Source: Candidatus Poribacteria bacterium (GTDB lineage Bacteria; Poribacteria; WGA-4E; GCA-2687025). From it: a stretch of DNA of 64,000 bases. A program made the translations under genes and the position numbers. This document shows positions 62,675-64,000 of this stretch, piece by piece (position 1 is the stretch's first letter; each line of letters opens with the position of its first letter). The notes under the pieces were generated by a model. The model was not told the origin of the DNA and did no database searches. It worked only from the letters and a program-made list of their open reading frames with translations. Where the stretch lies: the NCBI GenBank assembly GCA_018644665.1, contig JABGQA010000059.1:34839-98838 (forward strand), in the 5' to 3' direction.

Positions 62675-63541
62675 ATGTTTCGGATTAACACGAACGTGCT
62701 GGCCATCAATGGCCAACGGAACCTCTTCCAGACGTCAAAAGACCTCAACACCCGGATGGAGCGCCTTTCCTCCGGTCTGCGGATAAACCACGCTGCTGAC
62801 GACGCCGCCGGTATTACCGCGTCCGAGACGATGCGTGCGCAGATCGCCGGGCAGAAGACGGCGAACGACAACATGTCCCGCGCGATCACGCTCCTCCAGA
62901 CTGCCGACTCGGGGTTGGAGCAGATCGGGAACATGCTCATTCGGCTCAAGGAACTGGCCGAGCAGAGCGCCGACAGCACGCTTAACGCCGACAACCGAAG
63001 TGGCCTCTCGACGGAAGCTGCCGCGTTGGTCCTCGAGATCGACCGCATCGCTTCCTCGACGACCTTCAACGGCATCAGCCTGATTGACTCGGTTGGGGCG
63101 ACTAACCTGACCTTCTACGTCGGCGACGGCACCCCGGGGACCGCGGCCGCCAACCAAGTGGTCGCTCTGGCCCTCAAGGGTGTGGCGTTGGACGCTGCGG
63201 GACTCGGCTCGATCGGTGGCGCGCACATCGGGCTGACGGTCGCCGACTTCCTCATTCAGTCGTCGGCTGAGGCGTTGGTGCCGATCATCGACGCTGCGGT
63301 CACGACCCTGGCGACGGTTCGCACCGATGTCGGCGCGTTCCAGAACCGCCTCGAGCGGTCGCAGGCGAACATCCAGTCCGCGATCGAGAACACGACCCGG
63401 TCCGAGTCGACGATCCGCGACGCAGACTTCGCCCTGGAAGCCTCGGCGATGACGCGGGCGCAGATTCTGGCGCAGACGGGCGCGTCGATGTTGCAGCAGG
63501 CGAACATCCTGCCGCAGTTGGCTCTCTCGCTGATCCAGTAG
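62675..63541 (+). CDS. fliC: flagellin (288 aa), paralog 3
   Basis: MFRINTNVLAINGQRNLFQTSKDLNTRMERLSSGLRINHAADDAAGI...GAFQNRLERS...IRDADFALEASAMTRAQILAQTGASMLQQANILPQLALSLI. Confidence 0.95.
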   Translation: MFRINTNVLAINGQRNLFQTSKDLNTRMERLSSGLRINHAADDAAGITASETMRAQIAGQKTANDNMSRAITLLQTADSGLEQIGNMLIRLKELAEQSADSTLNADNRSGLSTEAAALVLEIDRIASSTTFNGISLIDSVGATNLTFYVGDGTPGTAAANQVVALALKGVALDAAGLGSIGGAHIGLTVADFLIQSSAEALVPIIDAAVTTLATVRTDVGAFQNRLERSQANIQSAIENTTRSESTIRDADFALEASAMTRAQILAQTGASMLQQANILPQLALSLIQ

Positions 63542-63577
63542 TCGCCCGGGATACGACAGATTGAGATGCGGCAAGAA

Positions 63578-63597
63578 GGGGCGTCGAAGGACGCCCC
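63578..63597 (+). terminator. GC-rich hairpin after flagellin 3 (possible terminator, no U-tract)
   Basis: GGGGCGTC-gaag-GACGCCCC, 37 nt after the stop codon. Confidence 0.35.
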
Positions 63598-64000
63598 TGC
63601 CGCCATCCTCCATGGGCCCCTCCTCCCACCTGCGCCCATTTCCGTACGGCTTTCCCTCAAGATTCCCAAAGACCTGCCGATAATACTCGTGAAGGTCGCC
63701 GGATACGGCACGAGATCACGGCCTTCCATCCCCTAGTCGAACGCGGCCGCATACGTGAGCCGCCGCGTCAGATCGTTACTTGACCGGTCATTACTGAAAT
63801 ATCCCTATGCTCGCTCGACGGCGTCTATGCGCCGACGTGTAGAGCGCCTTTCGACACTGCTGTTAGCCGCGCATGTGTGCGGCCCGGCCCAAATGCCGGC
63901 ATCAGTTGACGTCGTGAGGTATCGCATACGTTCTGTCAATCATGTATTGGCAGGATCTGTGTACCCATATGTCGCCAGGGTCCCCTAAGCTACTGGCCCG

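Overview
GC-rich bacterial chromosomal window, tightly packed with genes. I found no rRNA, tRNA, CRISPR array or recognisable mobile element. All calls rest on motif reading of the supplied ORF translations and on the raw sequence, with no database search. Many long ORFs in the track are Arg/Ala/Pro-rich antisense or off-frame artefacts of the high GC content and were discarded.

Gene content in order:
- 1-5.1 kb: housekeeping and metabolism (nadC 3' end, birA, a J-domain/FGE-sulfatase fusion, a ClC channel, an aldo/keto reductase).
- 6.5-8.6 kb: a Cache/PAS histidine kinase.
- 11.3-16.0 kb: a minus-strand operon of Trm112-like, LOG, ArsC-type phosphatase, TPR, and a secreted ASPIC/FG-GAP protein ending in ankyrin repeats.
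- 16.3-19.8 kb: a WD40 lipoprotein, a ThiO-like oxidase and smpB.
- 20.2-23.7 kb: a large (about 1,180-1,300 aa, start uncertain) FG-GAP/cadherin-like surface protein with a T9SS-type C-terminal domain.
- 24.5-35.6 kb: a TIGR03032-like protein and a block of hydrolase/GNAT/oxidoreductase/LamG genes.
- 35.7-40.6 kb: a BlaI/BlaR1-type regulatory module.
- 45.1-63.5 kb: a flagellar region.

Two regions deserve most attention.

1. The BlaI/BlaR1 module. The M56 sensor-protease carries a PD40 beta-propeller plus a C-type lectin domain instead of a penicillin-binding sensor. A 12-bp palindrome, CTACAA(A/G)TGTAG, occurs three times. One copy abuts the -35 box of the blaI-like promoter. Two copies bracket a near-consensus promoter that drives a 44-aa membrane peptide and a tri-modular pentapeptide-repeat protein.

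2. The flagellar region. It is a same-strand array of an M48 protease, a zinc-finger-less ClpX paralog, fliR, flhB and flhF. fliPQ, flhA and flhG are not at their usual positions. Next come an AMIN-like membrane protein, a roughly 1,230-aa vWA/TM/FHA-like/acidic/degenerate-GGDEF protein, a REC-degenerate-GGDEF regulator, a sigma-54 activator and a TIG lipoprotein. Three flagellin genes follow, each with its own sigma-28-type promoter and an unusually long leader of 350-420 nt.

The window is also dense in eukaryote-like repeat domains (ankyrin, TPR, WD40, pentapeptide, C-type lectin, LamG, dockerin, FG-GAP).
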